Numbered from the stretch's first letter, positions 49,707 through 61,099 are shown. The stretch: DNA of 64,000 nt from Oceanispirochaeta sp. (GCA_963666275.2 CAXXOA010000001.1:1472001-1536000); one strand, 5' to 3'. The notes: generated by a model from the sequence alone, not told the origin. Numbers and translations are program-made.

Positions 49707-50333
49707 CTATAATTCCAGCCCCGCACCCAGGCTGAAGTTGTGACTGAATGACCCTTTGAAGCTGTTATCCCTGTCTCTGAACTGCTGATTGTCAGAAAAC
49801 TGGAGGGTATCATAGTTTCCCTGGTATCCCGTATAGAGGATGAGGTCCTTATTCAGTCTGTAAAGGACTTTTATCCCGCCTCCGGGGCCGAAGGAGAGAA
49901 AAAACGACTGCCCTCCGTCACCGAAAGGGTCGGTCTGCAGATAGGTATAGCCTGTATGGAGGCCCAGACCGGGCAGGAAACCCCATCTTCCGTACCAGAT
50001 GTTCCATCCGATACCGGAAGTAAAATCCATCAGAAACCCTCTGTTTTCTGAAAAATTGCCGGGAATCTGAATCAGAAGATCAGTGTAGAAGCCGAGGCGG
50101 CTGCCTATGAGACCGCAATATTCCAGGCCGATAGAGTTGATAGTGTCTTTCTTTTCCCCGGAATCATTCTGATAGTCTTCGATAAGAATTCTGGTCTCTC
50201 TGCCCGTGCTTAATCCTCCGAAATGAAACTTCTGAAGTTCGTCTTCCAGGTTCTTCTGCTCCTGGGAGTACAGACCTGTTGAGAGAAGAGTCAGGAGGAG
50301 GGTAAATAGGCAGACGGGATAAATTGTTTTCAT
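49707..50333 (-). CDS. Exported protein, probable small beta-barrel
   Basis: Signal peptide; Gly/aromatic alternating strands; C-terminal FSLGAGLEL. Confidence 0.65.
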   Translation of the reverse strand: MKTIYPVCLFTLLLTLLSTGLYSQEQKNLEDELQKFHFGGLSTGRETRILIEDYQNDSGEKKDTINSIGLEYCGLIGSRLGFYTDLLIQIPGNFSENRGFLMDFTSGIGWNIWYGRWGFLPGLGLHTGYTYLQTDPFGDGGQSFFLSFGPGGGIKVLYRLNKDLILYTGYQGNYDTLQFSDNQQFRDRDNSFKGSFSHNFSLGAGLEL

Positions 50334-50470
50334 AAAGATACAACCTTAAATCAATATGGCTGCCGGATCCTTCCGGGCAGAGGCTTTTCATACTTTATCA
50401 TATATTACAGGCCTCTGTCCCGAAATACTGATCCTATCCGTCTTGGAAGCTTCAGGGCAGTAGGCTGGGC

Positions 50471-50505
50471 AAAAAAAAGCTTCAACCGTTGAAGTTGAAG
50501 CTTTT
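50471..50505 (-). terminator. Terminator downstream of the tRNA-Gly pair
   Basis: AAAAGCTTCAAC-N7-GTTGAAGCTTTT with an A8 run (U tract on the minus strand). Confidence 0.85.
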
Positions 50506-50511
50506 GAAAAG

Positions 50512-50583
<72 letters not shown>

Positions 50584-50649
50584 AAATTGTTGACATTTTT
50601 ACTTTCAGTAAAAAGATAAAACTTTATACCAATATATTTTTAATTGTGA

Positions 50650-50721
<72 letters not shown>

Positions 50722-50748
50722 ATTCGCTGTTGCCATCAGGCAAGGAGG

Positions 50749-50778
50749 AATATAGCAAAAAACAAGAAATGTGGTCAA
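50749..50778 (-). promoter_or_regulatory. Sigma70-like promoter for the tRNA-Gly pair
   Basis: TTGACC-N18-TATATT on the minus strand, 27 nt from the tRNA 5' end. Confidence 0.6.
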
Positions 50779-50894
50779 GACTTTTTACAAAGAAATTTTC
50801 AACCTTTCCGGATTGGCTGAAAAAACAGAAAATTCACGTAAAAATCTCTTGTCTGACCTCTTTACTTTATTCAGGGCTTTTGCCATTATTCTGT

Positions 50895-52328
50895 ATGGAA
50901 AATAGAAGTATATATCGCAACATATCCCCACTGGATCATCGTTATTATCAATCCAATAAAGATCTGTTTGAGGCACTGGCTGACAGATTGAGTGAAGAGG
51001 CTTCCGTAGCCTACTGTGTCAAGGCCGAAATGGCCCTCCTTAAGACCCACATTAAACTGCAGAATCTGGGAGATGATTCCCTTATCTCCTCTCTTGATGA
51101 AGTGGAAAAATCCATTACTCCCGAAGAAGTCTACAGAGAAGAAGAGAAGACCCAGCACAACATACGGGCCCTCGTAAACGTTATAAATAAAAAAGTACCC
51201 GAGAATCTGAAACCATGGGTGCACATGGGTGCCACTTCCGTGGATATCCTTGATACCGCCAATGCCATGAAAATGCGGGACGTCACCAGAGATGTGATCC
51301 TGCCCCTTCTTATGGAACTGCAGGAGGAACTGATCAGTATTGCTGACAGGGAAGCGGAAACCCCTCAGGTTGGCAGAACGCACGGTCAGCATGCTGTTCC
51401 TGTCACTCTGGGATTCACCATGGCTGAATATGTTTCCCGTCTGGGACAGTCCCTGGAGGAACTGGAAAGGATCTCTGCCGATCAGAGAGGAAAACTGGCT
51501 GGAGCCGTGGGCGGTTATAACGCTACGAGCATGATCACATCGGATCCTCTTGAGATGGAAGAGATGTATCTGGCCTATCTTGATCTGAAACCTTCCGAGT
51601 ATTCCACTCAGATGGTGGAACCCGAATACCTTCTCCGCCTCCTTCTGGAATACAATACGGCCTTCGGAGTGATCGCCAATCTGGCAGATGACCTGAGACA
51701 CCTTCAGCGGTCTGAAATTGATGAGGTCAGAGAGTTCTTCTCCTCTACCCAGGTCGGATCATCCACAATGCCCCAGAAAAGGAATCCCTGGAACTGTGAG
51801 CATGTGAAAAGTTTATGGAAAGCCTTTGCTCCCCGGGTCATGACCTTCTATATGGATCAGATTTCAGAGCATCAGAGAGACCTTTCCAACTCGGCATCCG
51901 CCCGTTTTCAGGCGGATTTCATTGCCGGATTTGCAGCCGCAGTGGCCAGAATGAAAAAGATTGTAGCCGGTCTTTCCGTCAATAAGGAGCAGCTGAGAAA
52001 GAATCTGACCACCCAGGGAGATTTTGTTCTGGCTGAACCCACCTATATCCTCCTGGCCATGTCCGGTGTGAACGGAGCTCATGAGATTGTCAGAAAAATT
52101 ACTCTCTCCTGTGAGAAGTCCGGAAAAACCATCAAGGAAGTTCTCCAGACAGAAGAGAAGGAGAGCTGGGAAAGGATCTGCAGTCAGCTTCATAAGGTGA
52201 CCGGACTGAGTGCGGAAGATTTCTATTCAGATCCCTCTCTCTACAGAGGAAAAACAGCAGAGAAGGCAAGAGCCCTCTGCAGTAAATATACCGAATCCAT
52301 AAAAACTATCAGGAGCAAAATCGCATGA
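50895..52328 (+). CDS. purB: Adenylosuccinate lyase
   Basis: ISPLDHRY, GATSVD, GRTHGQHA, GSSTMPQKRNP; ATG 50895 chosen because the longer ORF overlaps a tRNA. Confidence 0.95.
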   Translation: MENRSIYRNISPLDHRYYQSNKDLFEALADRLSEEASVAYCVKAEMALLKTHIKLQNLGDDSLISSLDEVEKSITPEEVYREEEKTQHNIRALVNVINKKVPENLKPWVHMGATSVDILDTANAMKMRDVTRDVILPLLMELQEELISIADREAETPQVGRTHGQHAVPVTLGFTMAEYVSRLGQSLEELERISADQRGKLAGAVGGYNATSMITSDPLEMEEMYLAYLDLKPSEYSTQMVEPEYLLRLLLEYNTAFGVIANLADDLRHLQRSEIDEVREFFSSTQVGSSTMPQKRNPWNCEHVKSLWKAFAPRVMTFYMDQISEHQRDLSNSASARFQADFIAGFAAAVARMKKIVAGLSVNKEQLRKNLTTQGDFVLAEPTYILLAMSGVNGAHEIVRKITLSCEKSGKTIKEVLQTEEKESWERICSQLHKVTGLSAEDFYSDPSLYRGKTAEKARALCSKYTESIKTIRSKIA

Positions 52329-53764
52329 TTCAGATCGAAGAAAAATATAGTTATGATGATGTCCTGCTCATACCCGCCTATGCGGATTTTCTGCCGGGAG
52401 AGAGTAATGTAAGAACCAGACTTGCCGGTGATATCTACCTGAATGCGCCCATCATTTCGGCAGCCATGGATACGGTAACGGAGTATCAGATGGCCATCGC
52501 CCTGGCATTGGAAGGGGGCGCCGGTGTTATTCACAGAAACCTTTCTCCCGAAGAACAGGCTGCCCAGGTAGGGCGTGTGAAGAGATATCTGAACTGGGTG
52601 ATTGAAAACCCTGTAACAGTTGAAAGAGGCCAGACCCTCGGAGATGTGGACAAAATCATGCAGGAGACCGGAGTGACCGGTCTGCCCGTACTGGAAAATG
52701 GTAAGCTCTGCGGTATTATCACCAACAGGGATATGAGATTCGCCACGGATTTCTCCATGAGAGTGGAAGATCTGATGACCACCAAACTGATTCTGGAACA
52801 GGGAACGCCTTCTGTTGATTCTGCGGAGAAAAAATTCAATCAGTACAAAATTGAAAAACTGCCGGTTGTAGATAAAGACAATCATCTGACCGGACTGATT
52901 ACCGTGACAGATATGGAGAAACACCGCAGTTATCCCGATGCGGCACTGGACAGTCATGGCAGCCTGATCGCCGGTGCGGCGGTATCCCCCAATGATTTTG
53001 AAAAGAGAATACCTCTTCTTCTTGAAAAACGCTGCGATTTTGTTGTGCTGGATACAGCACACGGAAACAGCTACAGCGTTGTAAAAGCTGTTGAGGATAT
53101 CAAGAAGAAATTCAATATTGCCGTTATCGGCGGAAATGTCTCTGACGGTGACGGAGCCAGAAGGTTGATTGATGCGGGAGCCGATGCTGTTAAAGTCGGT
53201 GTAGGGCCCGGATCCATCTGTACAACACGTATTGTCGCAGGAATCGGTGTTCCCCAGCTTTCAGCAGTTCTTGAATCTGCTGAAGAAGCGGATAAGCACA
53301 ACATTCCCGTCATTGCCGACGGAGGAATCAAGTACTCCGGAGATATCACCAAAGCCGTGGCAGCCGGAGCCAGCACCATTATGATCGGTAACCTTTTTGC
53401 GGGACTGAAAGAAGCTCCCGGTAAGGAAGTCATCTTCGAAGGAAGGATTTTCAAGCAGTACAGAGGTATGGGATCCGTGGGTGCCATCAAGGAAGGAAGC
53501 GGTGACCGCTATCAGATGAAAAAAGATGACGCTCCTGTTCCGGAAGGGATTGAAGGACGGGTCGCCTACAAGGGAGAACTCAAACCTTACCTGAATCAGC
53601 TTGTAACAGGACTGAAAAAAGGTATGGGATATTGCGGATGTCGCAATATTGAGGAATTGCGCTCCTATAAAAAGTTTGTTAAGATTTCCTCTGCCGGTTT
53701 ACGGGAGAGTCATGCCCATGATGTCAGCATTACACAGGAGGCTCCTAACTACAGCCGCTATTAG
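52325..53764 (+). CDS. guaB: IMP dehydrogenase
   Basis: [11 protein letters not shown] pair, [22 protein letters not shown]. Confidence 0.98.
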   Translation: MIQIEEKYSYDDVLLIPAYADFLPGESNVRTRLAGDIYLNAPIISAAMDTVTEYQMAIALALEGGAGVIHRNLSPEEQAAQVGRVKRYLNWVIENPVTVERGQTLGDVDKIMQETGVTGLPVLENGKLCGIITNRDMRFATDFSMRVEDLMTTKLILEQGTPSVDSAEKKFNQYKIEKLPVVDKDNHLTGLITVTDMEKHRSYPDAALDSHGSLIAGAAVSPNDFEKRIPLLLEKRCDFVVLDTAHGNSYSVVKAVEDIKKKFNIAVIGGNVSDGDGARRLIDAGADAVKVGVGPGSICTTRIVAGIGVPQLSAVLESAEEADKHNIPVIADGGIKYSGDITKAVAAGASTIMIGNLFAGLKEAPGKEVIFEGRIFKQYRGMGSVGAIKEGSGDRYQMKKDDAPVPEGIEGRVAYKGELKPYLNQLVTGLKKGMGYCGCRNIEELRSYKKFVKISSAGLRESHAHDVSITQEAPNYSRY

Positions 53765-53814
53765 GCGTAGTCAATTTTTAAATACCGGTCCTAGAAAACT
53801 TTAAGGAAGATTAA

Positions 53815-55047
53815 ATGAAACTTGTTGTTATCGGTGCCCAGTGGGGTGACGAAGGCAAGGGTAAGATGGTGGATTACCTTGCGGAAGATGCGGATCTGGT
53901 TGTCAGATTCTCTGGCGGTGCCAATGCCGGCCATACCATTAAGGTGGGAGAACAGACTTTCAAACTGCATCTTGTTCCCGCTGGTATAATCTATCCGGAA
54001 AAGACGGTTGCCCTGGGCAACGGTATGGTAATTGACCCCGAATCCCTTTTTACCGAACTGTCGGGAATAAAAGATCAGGGTGTTAACTGGGAAGGTCGGG
54101 TTTTTGTCTCCGACAGAGCCCATCTTGTACTGCCGTCTTATAAAGATCTCGATAAAGAGATGGAAAGTAAAAGGGCCAGGCCGATCGGAACAACCGGTCG
54201 GGGTATTGGAATTGCCTACAGCAGAAAAGCTGACAGGGATGGAATTCGCGTGGGAGATCTCTGGGACAAGGTTGTCTGGGACTCCATGAGCGAAGAAGAC
54301 AGGGTCTGGGTACAGCCCTTCAAAGAGCGTCTTGAGAGCATGAAGGTGAACATGGCCGGTTTTATGATGAAACACCGGGACAAGCAGATCCTTCTGGAAG
54401 GCGCTCAGGGGGCTCTCCTCGATTTGGATCACGGAACCTATCCCTATGTTTCCTCCGGAATCTCCACTTCCACAGGAGCCGCTCTGGGCGCTTCTCTGGG
54501 ACCAAAGCACATTGATAAAATTCTCGGCGTCTTCAAAGCCTATCAGACCAGGGTCGGGAACGGTCCTTTCCCCACGGAAATGCTGGCGGAGGGGCCTGAA
54601 CTGGATCTGGGTAACAAGCTGCGGGAGCTGGGACATGAATACGGAACAACAACAGGACGCCCCCGGAGAATCGGTTACCTCGACCTGGTAGCTCTGAAGT
54701 ATGCCGGTTGGGTGAACAGTCTGGACGGTTACATTCTCTCTCATCTGAACCTCTATGACGGATTTGATTCCATTTCCGTCTGTGTGGCCTATGAAATTGA
54801 CGGCCGGGAAATCACGGATTTCCCCTCATCTACAGTTGATCTGGAAAAGGTGAAACCCGTTCTGAAAGAGCTTCCCGGATGGACCGGCAAAGTGGGTGAT
54901 GCCCGCTGCTGGGATGACATCCCCGAAGGGGCGAAAGCTGTTGTGAAATTTATTGAAGATTATACAGAAGTCCCTGTGGCCGGCTACTCTGTCGGTCCTC
55001 TCCGGGACGAAACATTTATGAAGGAGCCTGCGTGGACAAAATCCTGA
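53815..55047 (+). CDS. purA: Adenylosuccinate synthetase
   Basis: QWGDEGKGK, GGANAGHT, EGAQG, EYGTTTGRPRR. Confidence 0.98.
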   Translation: MKLVVIGAQWGDEGKGKMVDYLAEDADLVVRFSGGANAGHTIKVGEQTFKLHLVPAGIIYPEKTVALGNGMVIDPESLFTELSGIKDQGVNWEGRVFVSDRAHLVLPSYKDLDKEMESKRARPIGTTGRGIGIAYSRKADRDGIRVGDLWDKVVWDSMSEEDRVWVQPFKERLESMKVNMAGFMMKHRDKQILLEGAQGALLDLDHGTYPYVSSGISTSTGAALGASLGPKHIDKILGVFKAYQTRVGNGPFPTEMLAEGPELDLGNKLRELGHEYGTTTGRPRRIGYLDLVALKYAGWVNSLDGYILSHLNLYDGFDSISVCVAYEIDGREITDFPSSTVDLEKVKPVLKELPGWTGKVGDARCWDDIPEGAKAVVKFIEDYTEVPVAGYSVGPLRDETFMKEPAWTKS

Positions 55048-56585
55048 TTCTGGACTTTGGTGGACAGACCTGTCAGCTTATAGGAAGAAGGATCCGGGAT
55101 TTCGGAGTTTTCTCTGAGATCATTCACGGTGACATTGAACTGACAGATGAGATCATTACTCCCGATGTGAAGGGGATTATTCTTTCGGGATCTCCCTTTT
55201 CCGTATACGAAGAGGGTGCCCCCAAACCTGATCCCCGGGTATTTGAACTGGGGCTGCCCCTTCTGGGCATCTGCTACGGATTTCAGAGAATCACCCAGGA
55301 TTTCGGCGGTGAAGTACTTCCTCTCGAGACAAAAGAGTATGGTAGAACCAAGATTCATCATCTGGAGGAATCTCCTCTGACCGATGAAATTCCCGATAAC
55401 TTTTTCTCCTGGATGAGTCACGGCGACAGTCTGAACTCTTTGGCTCCGGGGTTTACTCTTATCGGGCGGAGTGAAAACAATCATCCCGCTATCGGCTGGC
55501 ACAAGGAGAAAAATTGGTTTGGAATACAGTTCCACCCCGAAGTTACTCACTGTGATTACGGAAACCAGCTCCTTGAAAATTTCTGCTGCAAAATCTGCGG
55601 TGCCTCCAAAGACTGGACACTGGACCTTTTCATCGATCAGGTTTCAGAAAGGATCCGCAAACAGGTCGGCAAAGAAAAGGTTCTGCTTCTGATTTCAGGC
55701 GGTGTGGATTCCACCGTTGCAGGAGGACTCCTTCTGAAAATCCTTGATCCCGAACAGGTCTATCTGATGTATATAGATACAGGCATGATGCGGAAAGGCG
55801 AATCCGATGAGGTGGCAGTGAATCTGCAGAAGCTGGGCGCAACCCATCTTCATCTGATTGATGCCCGGGACAGTTTCCTCACCCCTCTGAAAGGTGTTTC
55901 GGATCCTGAGGAGAAAAGAAAGATCATCGGAGACCGATTTATTCATGTTCAGGAAGAAGAGATCGAAAAGCATATTTCCGGAGAGTATTTCCTGGCTCAG
56001 GGAACTCTCTATACTGACCTCATTGAATCCGGTAAAGGGGTAGGGAACAAAGCCAATGTTATCAAGTCCCATCACAATGTGGGATCTCCTCTTGTGGAAG
56101 CCAAAAGACAGGCCGGTCTGATTGTGGAGCCTCTGGATATGCTCTATAAGGATGAGGTCAGAAGGCTGGGACTGAAACTGGGAATTTCCGAAGACATTGT
56201 CTTCCGTCATCCCTTTCCCGGTCCCGGACTGGGAATCCGGATCCTGGGTGAGGTGACACCGGAAAAATGCCGGATCCTGAGGGATGCTGACGCTATCTAT
56301 ATCTCTGAGCTGAAAGCCCGGGATCTCTATAAAGAGATCTGGCAGGCTTTTTCCGTCCTACTGCCGGTCCGGTCCGTAGGGGTCACGGGAGATGCAAGGG
56401 ATTACGGGTTTGTCCTGGCGCTGCGGGCTGTTGTTTCCCACGATGGTATGACTGCAGATGTCTATGATTTCCCCACAAAAGATCTTCTTGAGATCTCATC
56501 AAAAATAACAAACAAGGTCCCCGAAGTAGGCCGGGTTGTTTACGATATTTCATCAAAACCCCCTGCTACCATTGAGTGGGAATAG
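55032..56585 (+). CDS. guaA: GMP synthase (glutamine-hydrolysing)
   Basis: GICYG, QFHPEV, SGGVDS, IKSHHNVG, SKPPATIEWE. Confidence 0.98.
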   Translation: MDKILILDFGGQTCQLIGRRIRDFGVFSEIIHGDIELTDEIITPDVKGIILSGSPFSVYEEGAPKPDPRVFELGLPLLGICYGFQRITQDFGGEVLPLETKEYGRTKIHHLEESPLTDEIPDNFFSWMSHGDSLNSLAPGFTLIGRSENNHPAIGWHKEKNWFGIQFHPEVTHCDYGNQLLENFCCKICGASKDWTLDLFIDQVSERIRKQVGKEKVLLLISGGVDSTVAGGLLLKILDPEQVYLMYIDTGMMRKGESDEVAVNLQKLGATHLHLIDARDSFLTPLKGVSDPEEKRKIIGDRFIHVQEEEIEKHISGEYFLAQGTLYTDLIESGKGVGNKANVIKSHHNVGSPLVEAKRQAGLIVEPLDMLYKDEVRRLGLKLGISEDIVFRHPFPGPGLGIRILGEVTPEKCRILRDADAIYISELKARDLYKEIWQAFSVLLPVRSVGVTGDARDYGFVLALRAVVSHDGMTADVYDFPTKDLLEISSKITNKVPEVGRVVYDISSKPPATIEWE

Positions 56586-56599
56586 TTAAGTCCTGTCCT

Positions 56600-56625
56600 G
56601 TTCTGTCTTTCAGCAGAGACAGAAC
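56600..56625 (+). terminator. Hairpin after guaA, possible terminator
   Basis: GTTCTGTCT-ttcagcag-AGACAGAAC; U tract not adjacent. Confidence 0.45.
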
Positions 56626-56677
56626 CGGATTGACTTTCATTTCCTATCTGTTCTTTCCGAACAGACCCTGAATTTTC

Positions 56678-56691
56678 AAAAAAAAAAAAAA
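56678..56691. repeat. A14 homopolymer upstream of the chemoreceptor gene
   Basis: Run of 14 A, the longest homopolymer I noticed in the window. Confidence 0.85.
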
Positions 56692-56775
56692 TTGTTCATC
56701 CGGGAAAAAAATACATATTTATCTAATCTTCCTATATACTTGTAGTGTACATCAGATTATAAACAGGAAACCTAA

Positions 56776-58647
56776 ATGAAGAAAAAACGCATGGGCTTAA
56801 CGGCAAAAATACTTATCCCATCTGTATTGGGCATACTGATGCTGGGCGGAGTCATCACATTTATTGTCGGCCGGACAATTGTGGGAATGGCTTTAAAAGC
56901 CGTAGAAGATGAAACATCATCGCTGATAAATGCGGCTGAAAATACCCGGGAAGCTATGGCTGCCAAACTTCAGATTGGGTTGATACGGGATTTTGATGAT
57001 CTGGCGGCAACGGGCGACAGGGAGCTCCTGCTCGAAGCCGTACCGATCCTGACCTCTATTGATGCGATTCGTCCCAGAGAGGGGCAGCATTATGAGCTGA
57101 GGGTTCCCAAAGTCAGTCCCCGGAATCCTGAAAATGAGCCGACGGAGCTGGAAGCGCAGGTCCTGCAGGAGCTCAAAGACGGAGATCTCTACGAAAAAAT
57201 GCTTGTCACCAGGGAATCTATCCGTTATTTCCGTCCCATAAGGCTGACAGAAGACTGTCTGTACTGTCATGGGTTTCCCGCAGGAGCTCCGGATCCGATC
57301 GGCGGAATCAAAGAGGGATGGAAAGTAGGGGAGATCCACGGAGCCTATGAGGTCATTTACTCCCTGGCTGCTTCGCGTCAGGAACAGATGTCCAGAATCT
57401 TTCAGATCGTCTCCATTACCATAGGGATCATAATCCTTCTGAACCTATTTCTCCTTAGAATTATACGGAAAGCCCTGAATCCTCTGGGATCCTATATGGA
57501 AAGTTTTACAAAGGCATCAACAGGAGATCTGACAGTCTCTGTTAAATCTAAAACCAATGACGAAATTGGTGTTATTTCAGATTCATTCAATGACTTCATC
57601 TCCTCCCTGAACGGCATGGTTTCGAAGATAAAAAGTGTAACCAGTAAAACCCAATCCATCAGTTCTGATCTTTCCTCGGCTTCAGAAGAGACCGCTGCTG
57701 CCATTGTAGAGATCCGAGCGAATATCAGCAGCATGACTGACAAAATGAAAACCCTGGACAGTGAAGTGGGAAAATCCAAAGATTTTGCCGATACAGTCCG
57801 GGGAGCCATCACTCTTCTGGGCGAACAGATTTCGTCTCAGGCCTCGGCTGTGGAAGAATCATCTGCGGCCATAGAAGAGATTTCCACTTCGATTCAGAAC
57901 ATTGCAAGGACCGCAACCGAGAAACTGAAAATTGCCACAGCCCTGGAAACAACGGCTATGAACGGTGAAACCGAAATGGATGAAACGGTGCAGGTTATCA
58001 GAAAAGTGGCCAATTCGACCTCTGTCATTATGGAGATGAGTTCTGTCATACAGAATATTTCCTCCCAGACAAACCTCCTTGCCATGAATGCGGCCATCGA
58101 AGCCGCCCACGCGGGTGAAGCCGGAAAAGGTTTTGCTGTTGTTGCAGACGAGATCCGCAAACTGGCCGAGGACAGTTCTGAGAGTGCCAGGCAGATCACC
58201 CAGTCCATGAATGAAATCAGTGAGTTTATCCACACCTCAGAAGACGCCACAGAGAGGACAGGGCATACCTTCCATGAAATGGTGACCGCTGTAAAGAATG
58301 TGGCAGCCAGTATGGAGGAGATGAAACATGCTACGGATGAACTTTCCATGGGAAGTTCCCAGATCGTAGAAGCCCTGGGACTGCTTGTCAACATCAGTGA
58401 AGAGGTGAAAGAGTCCTATGCCGAGATGGATTCCAAGGTTGTCAGTATTGCGGATTCCATGTCCACTCTCAATGATATCTCCACTGAGACCAAGTATGGT
58501 ATGGAAGAGATCAATGCGGGGATCAATGAAGTTTCTGCCGGAGCGCAGGTGGTTTCTGAATCCGGAACCCTCAACTCCGAGGCCGTTATGGAACTGGAAA
58601 CACTTATAGGTGAGTTTATTGTCCGCGATGAGGAGTCCCCAGAGTAA
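56776..58647 (+). CDS. Methyl-accepting chemotaxis protein with c-type heme sensor (DUF3365/Tll0287-like)
   Basis: TM-periplasmic([30 protein letters not shown])-TM-HAMP, then [35 protein letters not shown]. Confidence 0.93.
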   Translation: MKKKRMGLTAKILIPSVLGILMLGGVITFIVGRTIVGMALKAVEDETSSLINAAENTREAMAAKLQIGLIRDFDDLAATGDRELLLEAVPILTSIDAIRPREGQHYELRVPKVSPRNPENEPTELEAQVLQELKDGDLYEKMLVTRESIRYFRPIRLTEDCLYCHGFPAGAPDPIGGIKEGWKVGEIHGAYEVIYSLAASRQEQMSRIFQIVSITIGIIILLNLFLLRIIRKALNPLGSYMESFTKASTGDLTVSVKSKTNDEIGVISDSFNDFISSLNGMVSKIKSVTSKTQSISSDLSSASEETAAAIVEIRANISSMTDKMKTLDSEVGKSKDFADTVRGAITLLGEQISSQASAVEESSAAIEEISTSIQNIARTATEKLKIATALETTAMNGETEMDETVQVIRKVANSTSVIMEMSSVIQNISSQTNLLAMNAAIEAAHAGEAGKGFAVVADEIRKLAEDSSESARQITQSMNEISEFIHTSEDATERTGHTFHEMVTAVKNVAASMEEMKHATDELSMGSSQIVEALGLLVNISEEVKESYAEMDSKVVSIADSMSTLNDISTETKYGMEEINAGINEVSAGAQVVSESGTLNSEAVMELETLIGEFIVRDEESPE

Positions 58648-58690
58648 TCTGATGGGCATGAATGTGTAAGTTCTCAATGACTTAAAGATC

Positions 58691-58722
58691 AGGGGATGGC
58701 CTATAACCATCCCCTTTTTTTT
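58691..58722 (+). terminator. Intrinsic terminator after the MCP gene
   Basis: AGGGGATGG-cctataa-CCATCCCCT followed by T7. Confidence 0.88.
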
Positions 58723-58800
58723 AAGTTGAAAGGAAATTAAGAAAAACCAGATGTCATCCATCGCATATTACTGTATCATTTCTTCTTTAAAGGATGAAAA

Positions 58801-60039
58801 ATGACTGATAGCCGAGAAAAACCTTTCTATAACATAAGTTCGGATGTGGGATCTCTGGAAGCCGTGCTGCTCCATCGTCCCGGAAAGGAACTTGAGAGAC
58901 TGACCCCTCTCTACCTGGAGGAACTTCTTTTCGAGGATATTCCCTGGCTGGGCCGTATGCAGGAGGAGCATGATCTCTTTGCCAAAATGCTTGAAAACCA
59001 GGGTTGTCAGGTCTATTACTACGATACAATGCTTACGGAAATCCTGAAAGATGACTCTGTCAGGGCGCTCCTGATTGAAGATCTTCTGGAGTCTACCGGT
59101 ATAAACCGCCTGAGGGAATCGGAAGCCATAAAGGAGTTTCTGGCTTCAAGAACTCCCCGGGAACTTTCTGATATCTGTATTGCCGGTCTGTATAAAAATG
59201 AAGTTCCCCTTAAAGAGGGGCTGAGAAGCCTGTCCTATCATATTATGGGGGATTATCCATTTTATATATCGCCCCTCCCGAACCTGTATTTTACAAGAGA
59301 TCCCGGGGCTGTGATCGGTCAGGGTATTGCGATCAATTCCATGAAGACCCGGGCCAGAAAGAGGGAAAGCCTCCTTCTCTGGTATATCCATACCTATTTC
59401 AAGGGTGTTGATTCCTCAAGCCGGTCTTTGTGGTTTGACAGAAACTATCCGGAATCCATAGAGGGGGGGGACATTCTCGTTTTGAATAAAAATGTCCTGG
59501 CTATCGGATGTTCTGCCAGAACTTCTGCCGAGGGCATTGAAAAAATCTCAGAAAACCTTATAAATAGTAACTCTCCTATAGAAGAGATTCTTGTCATACA
59601 GATACCCTTTAAAAGGGCTTACATGCATCTGGATACAGTTTTTACCATGCTAGACCGGGATAAGTTCATAATCTACCCCGGAATCCTGGAGGATATCAGA
59701 GTTTTCAGTCTGACCGGGGGAAAACAGGGATTAACTGTGCGATCCGAAAAGGATCTTTCTTCTGCCCTTTGCCGGGCTCTCAAACTGAATCATATAGAAT
59801 TGATTCAGAGCGGGGGAGGCGATAAGATGACTGCTGCCAGAGAGCAGTGGAATGACAGCACCAATACCCTGGCTATCGCACCGGGAAAAGTTGTGACATA
59901 CAGAAGGAATTCTGTGTCAAACGAAACTCTGCGTAACCATGGTGTGGAAGTTTTTGAAATTGACGGCTCGGAACTTGTGAGAGGACGCGGAGGTCCCCGA
60001 TGCATGAGTATGCCATTGCGGCGAAAAGGGCTTGATTGA
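58801..60039 (+). CDS. arcA: Arginine deiminase
   Basis: LLHRPGKE, PNLYFTRD, IEGGD, MHLDTV, GRGGPRCMSMP. Confidence 0.97.
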   Translation: MTDSREKPFYNISSDVGSLEAVLLHRPGKELERLTPLYLEELLFEDIPWLGRMQEEHDLFAKMLENQGCQVYYYDTMLTEILKDDSVRALLIEDLLESTGINRLRESEAIKEFLASRTPRELSDICIAGLYKNEVPLKEGLRSLSYHIMGDYPFYISPLPNLYFTRDPGAVIGQGIAINSMKTRARKRESLLLWYIHTYFKGVDSSSRSLWFDRNYPESIEGGDILVLNKNVLAIGCSARTSAEGIEKISENLINSNSPIEEILVIQIPFKRAYMHLDTVFTMLDRDKFIIYPGILEDIRVFSLTGGKQGLTVRSEKDLSSALCRALKLNHIELIQSGGGDKMTAAREQWNDSTNTLAIAPGKVVTYRRNSVSNETLRNHGVEVFEIDGSELVRGRGGPRCMSMPLRRKGLD

Positions 60040-60057
60040 TAGATTGCGGAGGTTTTT

Positions 60058-61050
60058 ATGCCAGTTAATTTAAAAGGAAGACATCTTCTGACTCTGAAGG
60101 ATTTCACCCCTGAGGAAATCCGGTATCTGCTGGATCTTTCAATGGATCTGAAAAGAAAAAAGAGAGCGGGTATCCGGGGAAATCTGCTTGACCGGAAAAA
60201 TATCTGTATCATTTTTGAAAAAGCGTCTACCAGAACCCGCTGTGCTTTTGAAACAGCTGTTTATGATGAGGGCGGGCAGGTTACCTTCCTTACCAATAGT
60301 CAGATGGGTAAAAAAGAGTCTATTGAAGATACAGCGAAAGTCCTGGGAAGATTCTATGATGGAATTGAATTCAGAGGATTCGAACAGGCAACCGTTCAGG
60401 CTCTGGCTGATTATTCCGGAGTCTCTGTCTGGAATGGTCTGACAGATCTTTATCATCCCACTCAGATCCTGGCGGATTTTCTGACTCTCATGGAGCACTC
60501 CTCCAAGCCTCTGAACAAGATCAAACTTGTTTATGCGGGAGATGCCAGGAACAACATGGGAAATTCCCTTATGATTGGAGCTGCTAAAATGGGAATGCAT
60601 TTTGTGGCACTGGCTCCGAAAGAACTGTTTCCCTCTGATAAACTGGTCGCGGAAATGAGAGATATTGCAAAACAGACCGGTGCTGTTATTGAACTGTCGG
60701 AGGATCTGGATGTGGTTAAGGGTGCGGATGCCATTTATACCGATGTCTGGGTCTCCATGGGTGAGGAAGCGATGTTTGAACAGAGAATCAAACAGCTCAA
60801 GCCCTACCAGGTTAATATGGATATGATCAGAAGAACTGAAAATGATGATGTCCTGTTTCTGCACTGTCTACCGGCTTTCCACGACACGGAAACTTCTGTG
60901 GGAGCGGAAATCAAGGAGAAATTCGGTCTTGAATCCATGGAAGTGACAGATGAGGTTTTCAGAAGCAGACACTCTGTTGTGTTTGATGAAGCCGAAAACA
61001 GAATGCATACCATTAAAGCTGTGATGGTTGCCACGATCGGAAACCTTTAG
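60058..61050 (+). CDS. argF: Ornithine carbamoyltransferase (probably catabolic, arcB role)
   Basis: STRTR, HPTQ, DVWVSMG, HCLPAFH, EAENR; directly after arcA. Confidence 0.96.
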   Translation: MPVNLKGRHLLTLKDFTPEEIRYLLDLSMDLKRKKRAGIRGNLLDRKNICIIFEKASTRTRCAFETAVYDEGGQVTFLTNSQMGKKESIEDTAKVLGRFYDGIEFRGFEQATVQALADYSGVSVWNGLTDLYHPTQILADFLTLMEHSSKPLNKIKLVYAGDARNNMGNSLMIGAAKMGMHFVALAPKELFPSDKLVAEMRDIAKQTGAVIELSEDLDVVKGADAIYTDVWVSMGEEAMFEQRIKQLKPYQVNMDMIRRTENDDVLFLHCLPAFHDTETSVGAEIKEKFGLESMEVTDEVFRSRHSVVFDEAENRMHTIKAVMVATIGNL

Positions 61051-61070
61051 TTTTCCCATAATGAAATTTT

Positions 61071-61099
61071 ACCGGAGTCATAGGGGCTCCGGTTTTTTT
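61071..61099 (+). terminator. Intrinsic terminator after argF
   Basis: ACCGGAGTC-atagg-GGCTCCGGT followed by T6. Confidence 0.85.

Noticed and set aside
50780..50894. Purine riboswitch upstream of purB
   Set aside because: No purine aptamer core seen, and the likely promoter lies too close to the start.
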